From Eledone cirrhosa (lineage: Eukaryota), in NCBI GenBank assembly GCA_964016885.1, contig OZ024740.1:434062001-434126000 (forward strand): 64,000 nt of DNA, read 5' to 3'. This document shows positions 13,201 through 24,003 of the stretch, one piece after another. The number at the start of each line of letters is the position of its first letter. Position 1 is the first letter of the stretch. Made by a program: the position numbers and the translations under genes. Under the pieces are notes generated by a model. It ran no database searches. It saw nothing but the letters and a program-made list of their open reading frames with translations, and was not told where the DNA came from.

Positions 13201-14239
13201 AATGATGATGATGACAATGATGGTGATGTCAATGATGGTGATGACAATGATGGTGATGACAATGATGGTGATGACAATGATGGTGATGACAATGATGGTG
13301 ATGGCAATGATGGTGATGGCAATGATGGTGATGGCAATGATGGTGATGGCAATGATGGTGATGGCAATGATGGTGATGGCAATGATGGTGATGGCAATGA
13401 TGGTGATGGCAATGATGGTGATGGCAATGATGGGTGATGACAATGATGGTGATGACAATGATGGTGATGACAATGATGGTGATGACAATGATGGTGATGG
13501 CAATGATGGTGATGGCAATGATGGTGATGGCAATGATGGTGATGGCAATGATGATGACAATGATGATGACAATGATGGGTGATGACAATGATGGGTGATG
13601 ACAATGATGGTGATGACAATGATGGTGATGACAATGATGGTGATGACAATGATGGTGATGACAATGATGGTGATGACAATGATGGTGATGACAATGATGG
13701 TGATGACAATGATGGTGATGACAATGATGGTGATGACAATGATGGTGATGACAATGATGGGTGATGGCAATGATGGTGATGACAATGATGATGACAATGA
13801 TGGTGATGGCAATGATGGGTGATGACAATGATGGTGATGACAATGATGATGACAATGATGGGTGATGACAATGATGGGTGATGACAATGATGGGTGATGA
13901 CAATGATGGTGATGACAATGATGGTGATGACAATGATGGTGATGACAATGATAATGATGGTGATGGCAATGATGGGTGATGACAATGATGGTGATGGCAA
14001 TGATGGTGATGACAATGATGATGACAATGATGGTGATGGCAATGATGGGTGATGACAATGATGGTGATGACAATGATGGTGATGACAATGATGGTGATGA
14101 CAATGATGGTGATGACAATGATGGGTGATGACAATGATGGTGATGACAATGATGGGTGATGACAATGATGATGACAATGATGGTGATGACAATGATGATG
14201 ATAATGATGGTGATGACAATGATGATGATGGTGATGACA
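10226..14239. repeat. 15/16-bp GAT-derived minisatellite (GATGACAATGATG(G)GT)
   Basis: Directly visible; units GATGACAATGATGGT / GATGGCAATGATGGT with a +G variant. Confidence 0.97.
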
Positions 14240-14547
14240 TTCCTCATGCTGTCAATATGTGACAGTGTTTATGCTGAGTTATACAATAAAAGTCGGTATT
14301 AAAGTAACCTTTAGCTGGCCATTATCAATATCCATAATAAAGTATAATAGTTGCTAATATCCTTAATACATAATATATAGTTTAGTACTATGACAACAGG
14401 ACAGCTCTCTATACAGCAGATCAATAATCTTTAGATATATTTCACTGATTGATAATGTTAGTGTTTATAAAATATTTCTAGCTTTGTAAGTTATCTGGAC
14501 ATCACGGTTGGCTTTGTTTGTGTTTCTTATCTTCAGTTACAAACTTC

Positions 14548-14707
14548 TCACCATCAACACCACCGTCACCATCATCACCATCATCACTACTGTCACCACC
14601 ATCATCACCACTTGTCACCATCACCACCATCATCATTGTCACCATTGTTATCACCATCATCACTGTATTAATGGTCATTTTACCATGCTGGCATGGGTTG
14701 GATGGGA
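14548..14707 (-). mobile_element. RTE-family 3' terminus with degenerate (GAT/GGT)n tail
   Basis: Minus strand CCATCCAACCCATGCCAGCATGGTAAAATGACCATTAA followed by a GAT/GGT run, similar to the LINE end at 43190-43250. Confidence 0.6.
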
Positions 14708-14728
14708 AAACCATCATTCATCTCATTC

Positions 14729-17700
14729 CATGTCATCAGCCGTGTCATCTCATTGCTGTGTCATCCCATTGTCGTGTCATCTCGTTGCCGTGTCATCTCA
14801 TTGCCGTGTCATCTCGTTGCCGTGTCATCTCATTGCCGTGTCATCTCATTGCCGTGTCATCTCGTTGCCGTGTCATCTCGTTGCCGTGTCATCTCATTGT
14901 CGTGTCATCTCGTTGTCGTGTCATCTCGTTGTCGTGTCATCTCATTGTCGTGTCATCTCATTGCCATGTCATCTCGTTGCCGTGTCATCTCGTTGCCGTG
15001 TCATCTCGTTGCCGTGTCATCTCGTTGCCTTATCATCTCGTTGCCTTATCATCTCATTGCCATGTCATCTCGTTGCCGTGTCATCTCATTGCCATGTCAT
15101 CTCGTTGCCGTGTCATCTCATTGCCTTGTCATGTCATTGCCGTGTCATCTCATTGCCGTGTCATCTCGTTGCCGTGTCATCTCGTTGCCGTGTCGTCTCT
15201 TTGCTGTGTCATCCCATTGTCGTGTCATCTCGTTGCCGTGTCATCTCATTGCCGTGTCATCTCATTGCCGTGTCATCTCATTGCCGTGTCATCTCATTGC
15301 CGTGTCATCTCATTGCCGTGTCATCTCATTGCCGTGTCATCTCATTGTCGTGTCATCCCATTGTCGTGTCATCTCGTTGCCGTGTCATCTCATTGCCGTG
15401 TCATCCCATTGTCGTGTCATCTCGTTGCCGTGTCATCTCATTGCCTTATCATCTCATTGCCGTGTCATCTCATTGCCTTGTCATCTCATTGCCGTGTCAT
15501 CTCATTGCCGTGTCATCTCATTGCCATGTCATCTCATTGCCGTGTCATCTCGTTGCCGTGTCATCTCATTGCCGTGTCATCTCATTGCCATGTCATCTCA
15601 TTGCCATGTCATCTCATTGCCGTGTCATCTCATTGCCATGTCATCTCATTGCCATGTCATCTCATTGCCGTGTCATCTCGTTGCCGTGTCATCTCATTGC
15701 CGTGTCATCTCATTGCCATGTCATCTCATTGCCGTGTCATCTCATTGCCATGTCATCTCATTGCCATGTCATCTCATTGCCGTGTCATCTCGTTGCCGTG
15801 TCATCTCATTGCCATGTCATCTCATTGCCATGTCATCTCATTGCCATGTCATCTCATTGCCGTGTCATCTCATTGCCATGTCATCTCATTGCCATGTCAT
15901 CTCATTGCCGTGTCATCTCGTTGCCGTGTCATCTCATTGCCATGTCATCTCATTGCCATGTCATCTCATTGCCATGTCATCTCATTGCCGTGTCATCTCA
16001 TTGCCTTGTCATCTCATTGCCATGTCATCTCGTTGCCGTGTCATCTCGTTGCCGTGTCATCTCGTTGCCGTGTCATCTCATTGCCGTGTCATCTCGTTGC
16101 CGTGTCATCTCGTTGCCGTGTCATCTCGTTGCCGTGTCATCTCATTGCCGTGTCATCTCATTGCCGTGTCATCTCATTGCCGTGTCATCTCATTGCCGTG
16201 TCATCTCGTTGCCGTGTCATCTCATTGCCGTGTCATCTCATTGCCGTGTCATCTCGTTGCCGTGTCATCTCATTGCCGTGTCATCTCATTGCCATGTCAT
16301 CTCATTGCCGTGTCATCTCGTTGCCGTGTCATCTCATTGCCGTGTCATCTCATTGCCGTGTCATCTCATTGCCATGTCATCTCATTGCCATGTCATCTCA
16401 TTGCCATGTCATCTCATTGCCATGTCATCTCATTGCCGTGTCATCTCATTGCTTTGTCATCTCATTGCCATGTCATCTCGTTGCCGTGTCATCTCGTTGC
16501 CGTGTCATCTCATTGCCGTGTCATCTCGTTGCCGTGTCATCTCGTTGCCGTGTCATCTCGTTGCCGTGTCATCTCATTGCCGTGTCATCTCGTTGCCGTG
16601 TCATCTCATTGCCGTGTCATCTCATTGCCGTGTCATCTCATTGCCGTGTCATCTCGTTGCCGTGTCATCTCATTGCCGTGTCATCTCGTTGCCGTGTCAT
16701 CTCATTGCCGTGTCATCTCATTGCCGTGTCATCTCATTGCCATGTCATCTCATTGCCGTGTCATCTCGTTGCCGTGTCATCTCGTTGCCGTGTCATCTTG
16801 TTGCCGTGTCATCTCATTGCCGTGTCATCTCGTTGCCGTGTCATCTCGTTGCCGTGTCATCTCGTTGCCGTGTCATCTCGTTGCCTTATCATCTCATTGC
16901 CATGTCATCTCGTTGCCGTGTCATCTCATTGCCATGTCATCTCGTTGCCGTGTCATCTCGTTGCCTTATCATCTCATTGCCGTGTCATCTCGTTGCCGTG
17001 TCATCTCGTTGCCTTATCATCTCATTGCCATGTCATCTCGTTGCCGTGTCATCTCATTGCCATGTCATCTCGTTGCCGTGTCATCTCATTGCCGTGTCAT
17101 CTCGTTGCCGTGTCATCTCATTGCCGTGTCATCTCGTTGCCTTATCATCTCATTGCCGTGTCATCTCGTTGCCATGTCATCTCGTTGCCTTATCATCTCA
17201 TTGCCATGTCATCTCGTTGCCGTGTCATCTCGTTGCCTTATCATCTCATTGCCGTGTCATCTCGTTGCCGTGTCATCTCGTTGCCTTATCATCTCATTGC
17301 CGTGTCATCTCATTGCCGTGTCATCTCATTGCCATGTCATCTCGTTGCCGTGTCATCTCGTTGCCTTATCATCTCATTGCCGTGTCATCTCGTTGCCGTG
17401 TCATCTCGTTGCCTTATCATCTCATTGCCATGTCATCTCGTTGCCGTGTCATCTCATTGCCGTGTCATCTCATTGCCGTGTCATCTCGTTGCCGTGTCAT
17501 CTCATTGCCGTGTCATCTCATTGCCATGTCATCTCGTTGCCGTGTCATCTCGTTGCCTTGTCATGTCATTGCCATGTCATCTCGTTGCCGTATCATCTCG
17601 TTGCCGTGTCATCTCGTTGCCGTGTCATCTCGTTGCCGTGTCATCTCGTTGCCTTATCATCTCATTGCCGTGTCATCTCATTGCCGTGTCATCTCGTTGC

Positions 17701-19005
17701 CATGTCATCTCATTGCCGTGTCATCTCGTTGCCGTGTCATCTCGTTGCCTTATCATCTCATTGCCGTGTCATCTCATTGCCGTGTCATCTCATTGCCGTG
17801 TCATCTCGCTGCCGTGTCATCTCGCTGCCGTGTCATCTCGTTGCCGTGTCATCTCGTTGCCTTATCATCTCATTGCCGTGTCATCTCATTGCCGTGTCAT
17901 CTCGTTGCCGTGTCATCTCATTGCCGTGTCATCTCATTGCCGTGTCATCTCGTTGCCGTGTCATCTCGTTGCCGTGTCATCTCATTGCCATGTCATCTCG
18001 TTGCCGTGTCATCTCGTTGCCGTGTCATCTCGTTGCCGTGTCATCTCGTTGCCGTGTCATCTCATTGCCGTGTCATCTCGTTGCCGTGTCATCTCATTGC
18101 CGTGTCATCTCGTTGCCTTATCATCTCATTGCCATGTCATCTCATTGCCGTGTCATCTCATTGCCGTGTCATCTCATTGCCATGTCATCTCATTGCCGTG
18201 TCATCTCATTGCCGTGTCATCTCATTGCCGTGTCATCTCGTTGCCGTGTCATCTCATTGCCATGTCATCTCGTTGCCTTATCATCTCATTGCCATGTCAT
18301 CTCATTGCCGTGTCATCTCATTGCCGTGTCATCTCGTTGCCGTGTCATCTCGTTGCCGTGTCATCTCATTGCCGTGTCATCTCATTGCCGTGTCATCTCG
18401 TTGCCGTGTCATCTCGTTGCCGTGTCATCTCATTGCCGTGTCATCTCATTGCCGTGTCATCTCATTGCCGTGTCATCTCATTGCCGTGTCATCTCATTGC
18501 CGTGTCATCTCGTTGCCGTGTCATCTCATTGCCATGTCATCTCATTGCCGTGTCATCTCATTGCCGTGTCATCTCATTGCCGTGTCATCTCGTTGCCTTA
18601 TCATCTCATTGCCGTGTCATCTCATTGCCGTGTCATCTCGTTGCCGTGTCATCTCATTGCCATGTCATCTCGTTGCCTTATCATCTCATTGCCATGTCAT
18701 CTCATTGCCGTGTCATCTCGTTGCCGTGTCATCTCATTGCCGTGTCATCTCATTGCCATGTCATCTCATTGCCATGTCATCTCATTGCCGTGTCATCTCA
18801 TTGTTGTGTCATCTCATTGCCATGTCATCTCATTGCCGTGTCATCTCATTGCCGTGTCATCTCATTGTTGTGTCATCTCATTCCCTTGTCATGTCATCTC
18901 ATTGCCGTGTCATCTCATTGCCGTGTCATCTCATTGTTGTGTCATCTCATTCCCTTGTCATGTCATCTTGTTGCCTTGTCGTTTCATCTCCCGTGTCATG
19001 TCATT
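14729..19005. repeat. 16-bp minisatellite TTGCC(G/A)TGTCATCTC(A/G)
   Basis: TCATCTCA at 15241 and 15257 (period 16); degenerate at both edges. Confidence 0.98.
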
Positions 19006-19527
19006 CCCAAGACCCAACATCTTTACATCACTCCTCATCAATTCACCCCCACCCCTATTCTTGTCCTCTGACATCAAATTAAAACTAAAAAAATTCAGGT
19101 CATCATATATATAGAAATCTTGCCAAAGAAAGGGTTGGGAGGACCCTTCAGTTGAGTCAGGAACATGACAAACTCCCTAGTGTTAGTGATCTACACAAAA
19201 GCACACTACATGCTGTGAATGGGTTGGTGTTAGGAAGGGCATCCAGCTGTAGATAGGTTTCCAAACAAGGGGTTGAGAGGACCCTTTATTTTGTGTCAAA
19301 TACATGACAACTCCTCTGCACTCAATTCTCTCCACCAGGGCTGTGGGGAGGTCACCAATATGATTGACTGACTTGTCATTTTATCATCCAACTGTTGCTG
19401 TCATTATCATCTGTCAGTCTTTTATACACTATGCCAATGGCCTAATTGTACTGTTGTCATTGTCATAAAAGATACTGATTCATTTAATAAAAAACATAAA
19501 CAACTTTAGTTTTCTGATAAAGAGATA

Positions 19528-20548
19528 ATTTTCTTTTTATTTGCCACCAGGGCATCAAAAAGTGGGACAAGTACAATGGGGAGAGTTTACATAACAAGGC
19601 GTCCTCAATATGGAGGAGGCAATAACAAAAAATGAAAATAAAATAAAATATAACAAAATAAAATTTATAACAAAATCCGCAATAGAGTGGAGGCGCCTTG
19701 GGGGGTCGCACACACCCCCGAAAAAAAGTGTGCAACCCTTCTCCTCAGGAGCACAGAGAGGGGGTGCTCCCTTGGTCTTTCATCTTCCTCACCTATAGTC
19801 TGATGTAGAGTGAAGGCCCATTCACACGGGCCATTCTCGCCACTTTCACCCATCTTTCATAAAAACGGCTGGGGTGCAGCACCTCTCTCTCCATCCTGAT
19901 CCTTCTTCCGAAATGATATCGGAAGAAACGGACCAGTTGTTGGCCAGAGAGAAAGGTGTCTGACCTCAGTCCTTTCAGACACGTCCACCATACAACCTCT
20001 TTCGCCATGGCTATTACGCACAGAAACACCGCCTCTCCTTCGTTTTTGAAGAGGGGAGGCGGCTTGATCGTTACAATAGACTCGGTGGTCACCGGATCGG
20101 CCCCACCCTTGACAGCAGTTGTTCGACATAGCCCCACAGATCAGCAATGCCCGAGCAGTGTATCAAAGCGTGTGCAACGGTTTCCTCGTCGCACACGCAT
20201 CTGGGACAGATCTTTTTCGAGGGGTCCCTACCCGGGCGCCCGTGTGTGTAGAGGAGCCTTTCTCGAACGGGCAGAGCCCCTCGGTAGCACTGCCAAGCCA
20301 GGGACCTCTGGATGTTATCCATGGGTCCCGGGCTGAATGTCCTACCAAACAGGTTGTCCAGTTCATCTTCCTCCATGCCTAGGGCTTCTCCGAGGGCGTC
20401 ATCGCACCTGCTAACCACCAGCCCTCTATAGAATGACGAGGTGGATTCTCCACTGACAGCCGGGTCCGCCTGCCAGAGAGCCGTGAACGCCTGGGCACAC
20501 TCGGTGTGCCAGGTTGGCCAGCTCGTCTTCCTCCATGCCTAGGGCTTC
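19528..20548 (-). mobile_element. 5'-truncated L1/Tx1-clade LINE (zf-RVT CCHC C-terminus plus 3' UTR), frameshifted
   Basis: ORFs 20089-20418 (AWQCYRGALPVRERL...CPRCVCDEETVAHALIHC) and 19793-20137 join across one frameshift; AATAAA plus A-rich end near 19530-19545 on minus; TSD TAAAGAGATA at 19518-19527 and 20549-20558. Confidence 0.85.
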
Positions 20549-20788
20549 TAAAGAGATAGAGAGGCAGTTTGGTAGGTAGATAGATGTTGTTATTGTCTAA
20601 AAATAGATATAGAGGTAACTGTTATTCTACTGCTGACAATCTTGTCAACACTATGAGTGGTAGGGAGGAAGATAATTCAGCATATACTCTCAAATGACCC
20701 TAATCAGACAAATCTAGCACAAAGTGGTTGGTACATAGGTTTTATTATAACCAGTAAGTTCCTTATGGCTAATAAATCATTATGATAT

Positions 20789-20802
20789 CTCTTTCTCTCT
20801 CT

Positions 20803-20869
<67 letters not shown>
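20789..20869. repeat. (CT)n(AT)n microsatellite
   Basis: Directly visible. Confidence 0.95.
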
Positions 20870-20871
<2 letters not shown>

Positions 20872-20872
20872 A

Positions 20873-20991
20873 ATAATTGTTTCTACTTTTGGCACAAGGC
20901 CAGCAATTATCCCAGTGTATTACTGGTACTTTATTTTATCAACCCCGTAAGGATGAAAGGCAAAGTTAACCTCGGCGGGATTTGAACTCAG
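20873..20991 (-). mobile_element. tRNA-derived SINE family A, 5'-truncated copy
   Basis: Minus strand has B-box GAGTTCAAATCCC, core TTTGCCTTTCATCCTTACGGGGTTGATAAAATAAAGTACCAG and 3' end GGCCTTGTGCC...AGAAACAATTAT shared with 22529-22713. Confidence 0.85.
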
Positions 20992-21033
20992 TCCGTATAT
21001 TTCTGTTACATGGTTGGTTATTCATGTGACTTC

Positions 21034-21109
21034 GTTGGTGCAGTTATGCAATTGTTGGTGCAGTTATGCAATCGTTGGTGCAGTTATGCAATCGTTGGTG
21101 CAGTTATGC
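21034..21109. repeat. Short 20-bp tandem (CGTTGGTGCAGTTATGCAAT) x4
   Basis: Directly visible. Confidence 0.9.
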
Positions 21110-21492
21110 TATCATCGTGATATGCTGGTGGCCATGCACGTCCATCCAGTGACGTGTTCGACATATGTCACCGGCATATCACAATGATTGCATATCCGTG
21201 TTTTGTGAGGTTTTGCATTTTTATGTGTGAATGTGTGTATTGTATATATGTGTTGAGGTTTATTTTGTGTGTGTAAAGTATCTGACAGTGTTTGCATATG
21301 TCCATGAGGTGTGTGGATTGGTATATGTGAGTGTATGATTAAATTTTAACGTGTGTATGTATGTTGAAGTTTATATTGTGTACGTGTAAAATATCTGATT
21401 TGTATGTAAGAGTGTATGAATGTTTTAACAAGTTTGTGACATAGGATGGAGGAAGTATGTTTAGTGTGTGATAGAGAGTATGTATATATATA

Positions 21493-21875
21493 CTAGCCAA
21501 ATTACCCGCACCTTGCTGCGTTTCACATTTTTTTTGTAAGAAAATGATGATTGATTTTAAATCAGTGATATAAGTTATGGAGAAAAACTCCAATAGGGTG
21601 TCTTAATATTATTGAAATTTGCTGAAATTTTGTGAATAGGCATCAGATCTTGTCATTTATCTATGGTTTAAATTTCATATAAATCGAAGGGAAAACATTT
21701 TCAGCGGGGGTTTGTGCCCCCGGGAAACCCTTTGATTAAAATGAAATATACTTATCCAAGTACCCTGGGCGATGTAGTTTCAGAATATATATGGTTATGG
21801 AGGTCTATCTCCAAAACCATAGGAGTTTGTGAACAAACAAACAAACAGACAGGAACTACAACTTTATATATACAC
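21493..21875 (-). mobile_element. Probable non-autonomous Helitron (Lep1-like architecture)
   Basis: Minus strand ends CGCAGCAAGGTGCG (small hairpin) GGTAATTTGG-CTAG|T; the other end has TATATAAAGTT...GTCTGTTTGTTTGTTTG microsatellite; embedded in TA runs with no TSD. Confidence 0.6.
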
Positions 21876-21954
21876 ATATATATATATATATATATATAAA
21901 ATAATTAAGTCAAATATGTAAAATTTGGCTTCGTTTATTATAAATTATAGATAT

Positions 21955-22009
21955 ACTGCTATATATATTTCTGTGACAGCCATCATTGGCTGTGACCTCT
22001 TCAGGCAGT
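21955..22009 (-). ncRNA. Candidate minimal type-I hammerhead ribozyme (Penelope-type)
   Basis: ACTGC-CTGAAGA-[stem II with ACAGCCA/TGGCTGT]-GAAA-TATATA-TA-GCAGT; 5-bp stem I, palindromic stem III, AATAAA shortly downstream; 10.1-11.1 pair is mismatched. Confidence 0.6.
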
Positions 22010-22131
22010 CCAAATTGGTGTGGGAAGGACAGGTACACATGTTGTTGAAGTGTTTTACTCCGTCAATACATCGATATGTCCAGCTCCTGGTTGTATTGTT
22101 ATTTCCCTGAGGAACTGGAATCATATCTATC

Positions 22132-22163
<32 letters not shown>

Positions 22164-22202
22164 ACATAGAAAACAATCAAATTTGTGTTTAATGTATTTA
22201 AT

Positions 22203-22249
22203 TGCTAACTATTGTTTCTTCAAGACAAATGTCTGGAATCATCAGAGCA
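22203..22249 (-). ncRNA. Candidate minimal type-I hammerhead ribozyme
   Basis: TGCT-CTGATGA-TTCCAGACATTTGTCTTGAA-GAAAC-AATA-GTT-AGCA: intact core, stem II TTC/GAA plus AGAC/GTCT, 4-bp stem I. Confidence 0.6.
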
Positions 22250-22528
22250 TATACGATGTTAAAACAAATAAATAAATAAATTCCTAATCCTTAGAATATT
22301 CATTAAGATACATTATATTTGAGAAGACTCATTATAATTATTAGTGTCAGTTACAATATATTGAAGAGTATGAGCAAAAGAATATTATAATGAAAATATA
22401 GTAATAAAGTATTATAAAATATTGTAAAGTATTATAAAGAGAAGCTGTTTTGAAGCTATATGATATATGCAAGGAGTATTACTTATAAAACATTATATCA
22501 AGAATATCATACCAAGAATATAAATAAT

Positions 22529-22713
22529 TCTTTCTACTATTGGCACAAGGCCAGAAATTACCCAATACATTACTGGTACTTTATTTTATCAACCCCGTAA
22601 GGATGAAAGGCAAAGTCAACCTCGGCGGGATTTGAACTCAGATCGTAAAGGGACGTAACTATGCTGGAAAGCATGGCGTCTGACCCTCTACCGATACTGC
22701 CAATCCACCGCCC
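22529..22713 (-). mobile_element. Full-length tRNA-derived SINE family A with 17-bp TSD
   Basis: Minus strand GGCGGTGGAT-TGGCAGTATCGG (A-box)...GAGTTCAAATCCC (B-box); flanking direct repeat CCAAGAATATAAATAAT at 22512-22528 and 22712-22728. Confidence 0.92.
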
Positions 22714-23371
22714 AAGAATATAAATAATAGCAGAGAACATGTAATAAGGTAAGATAATTGTGTAGTGATAACGTACATATAGCTGTTATATATTATAAGC
22801 AGGCGAAGATATATTAGTTATAGGCGAAGATATTTATGCAAAAGTTTTGAAAAGTTTATGTAGAAAATGTTAATATCTATAGTTGTGGCGTAAGCAATAA
22901 GTATAGAGTTATAAAGTTAAAACAAATATATAAAACAAACATTTAATCCAAAGCTATGGATTATAAGGTCCTTCTTCTTTAATGTTGTGATGGCAGTTGT
23001 AGTGCTAACTCGATGTCTTTGTTGCTGTGTCATAATCGGTGTTTAGATATTATCCTTTATAAACAGTGGTTTATATTGATTGAATATATGTATAGATAAT
23101 ATAGACGATAGTTGACATTCCTCAAAGGGGTAGACCAAGTTAGACTACTTTGAAATTCAAATGATCGTTAGTAATTAAATGCATTAAACAAACATTTTAT
23201 TATTATCTATGTTGTATTTCTGCTCTGTAGTATATCTGATATTTTATATTGAGCTAATTTTCTTATTGGTAATTGGGTAATACACAATATTACCCTTATC
23301 TTATTTATAAATATATATATAGATTATCATCATCATCGTTTAACGTCTTGTATATATATATTCCACGCTAG

Positions 23372-23405
<34 letters not shown>

Positions 23406-23547
23406 TATATTAGAAAGTGAGGTTCTTTTTACAAAATGAAAAATAACCGAGGTGTCCTACACGAGTGAAAGTATAAAGAAAAAAAGATGAAATCGAAAAT
23501 GCAACTGGAGTCTTATTTTTAAAAAAATATATATATATTTATTTGGT

Positions 23548-23587
23548 TCCTTTACCGGTTTCGCAGTTCTTCTGCTTTTCAAAAGTA
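23548..23587 (-). ncRNA. Candidate minimal type-I hammerhead ribozyme with U3-A8 core variant
   Basis: CTT-TTGAAAA-GCAG-AAGAA-CTGC-GAAAC-CG-GTA-AAG then AATAAA; canonical G10.1-C11.1, palindromic ACCGGT stem III; lies in a ~220-bp segment bounded by (TA)n runs. Confidence 0.65.
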
Positions 23588-23636
23588 GAGTTGAGATGGA
23601 GGGTCTGTGGTTTTTCTCACATGAGATATATATATG

Positions 23637-24003
23637 TAGTGAGACATGGGCAGCAACTGCAGAGGATATGCAACGGCTGGAGAGAAATGAAGCAAGCATG
23701 CTCCTTTGGATGTGCAATGTCAATGTGCGTGAATGACTGAGCATGGATGTGTTGAGAGAGAAACTGTGCCTGAGAGGGATAAATTGTAGTGTGCGGGAGA
23801 GGAGACTGTGATGGTATGGACATGTGATGCGCAAGGAGGATGACCAAGAAATGCCAGTTGAAGAAAGACGTGGTAGAGGAAGACCACGAAAAACATGGTC
23901 GCGGTGGAGATGACGAAGGACCGTGACAAGTAGAGATGCTGTGCTGAATAGGACCTGTCCCACCCTTGCAAGCAGGGAAAAGCGGACGTAAAATGATGAT
24001 GAT
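23637..24003 (+). mobile_element. RTE LINE 3' fragment (short-UTR subfamily)
   Basis: SETWAATAEDMQRLERNEASMLLWMCNVNV...; ends CCCTTGCAAGCAGGGAAAAGCGGACGTAAAATGATGATGAT. Confidence 0.9.

Larger units (their letters stand above)
22150..23330 (-). mobile_element. Probable Penelope-like element remnant (ORF end plus pLTR), interrupted by a SINE
   Basis: Hammerhead fold at 22203-22249 followed by ATTAAA and (TG/TA)n; degenerate minus-strand peptide VYPFEECQ...FNQYKPLFIKDNI* near 23040-23140 loosely resembles PLE ORF C-termini. Confidence 0.4.

Noticed and set aside
10158-14247. His/Cys-rich and Asp-rich ORFs
   Set aside because: All three minus frames are open because of the GAT-derived repeat; +1 G variants shift frames constantly.
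14508-19114. Three overlapping ~1500-aa ORFs
   Set aside because: A 16-bp unit without stops gives the same peptide in all three frames.
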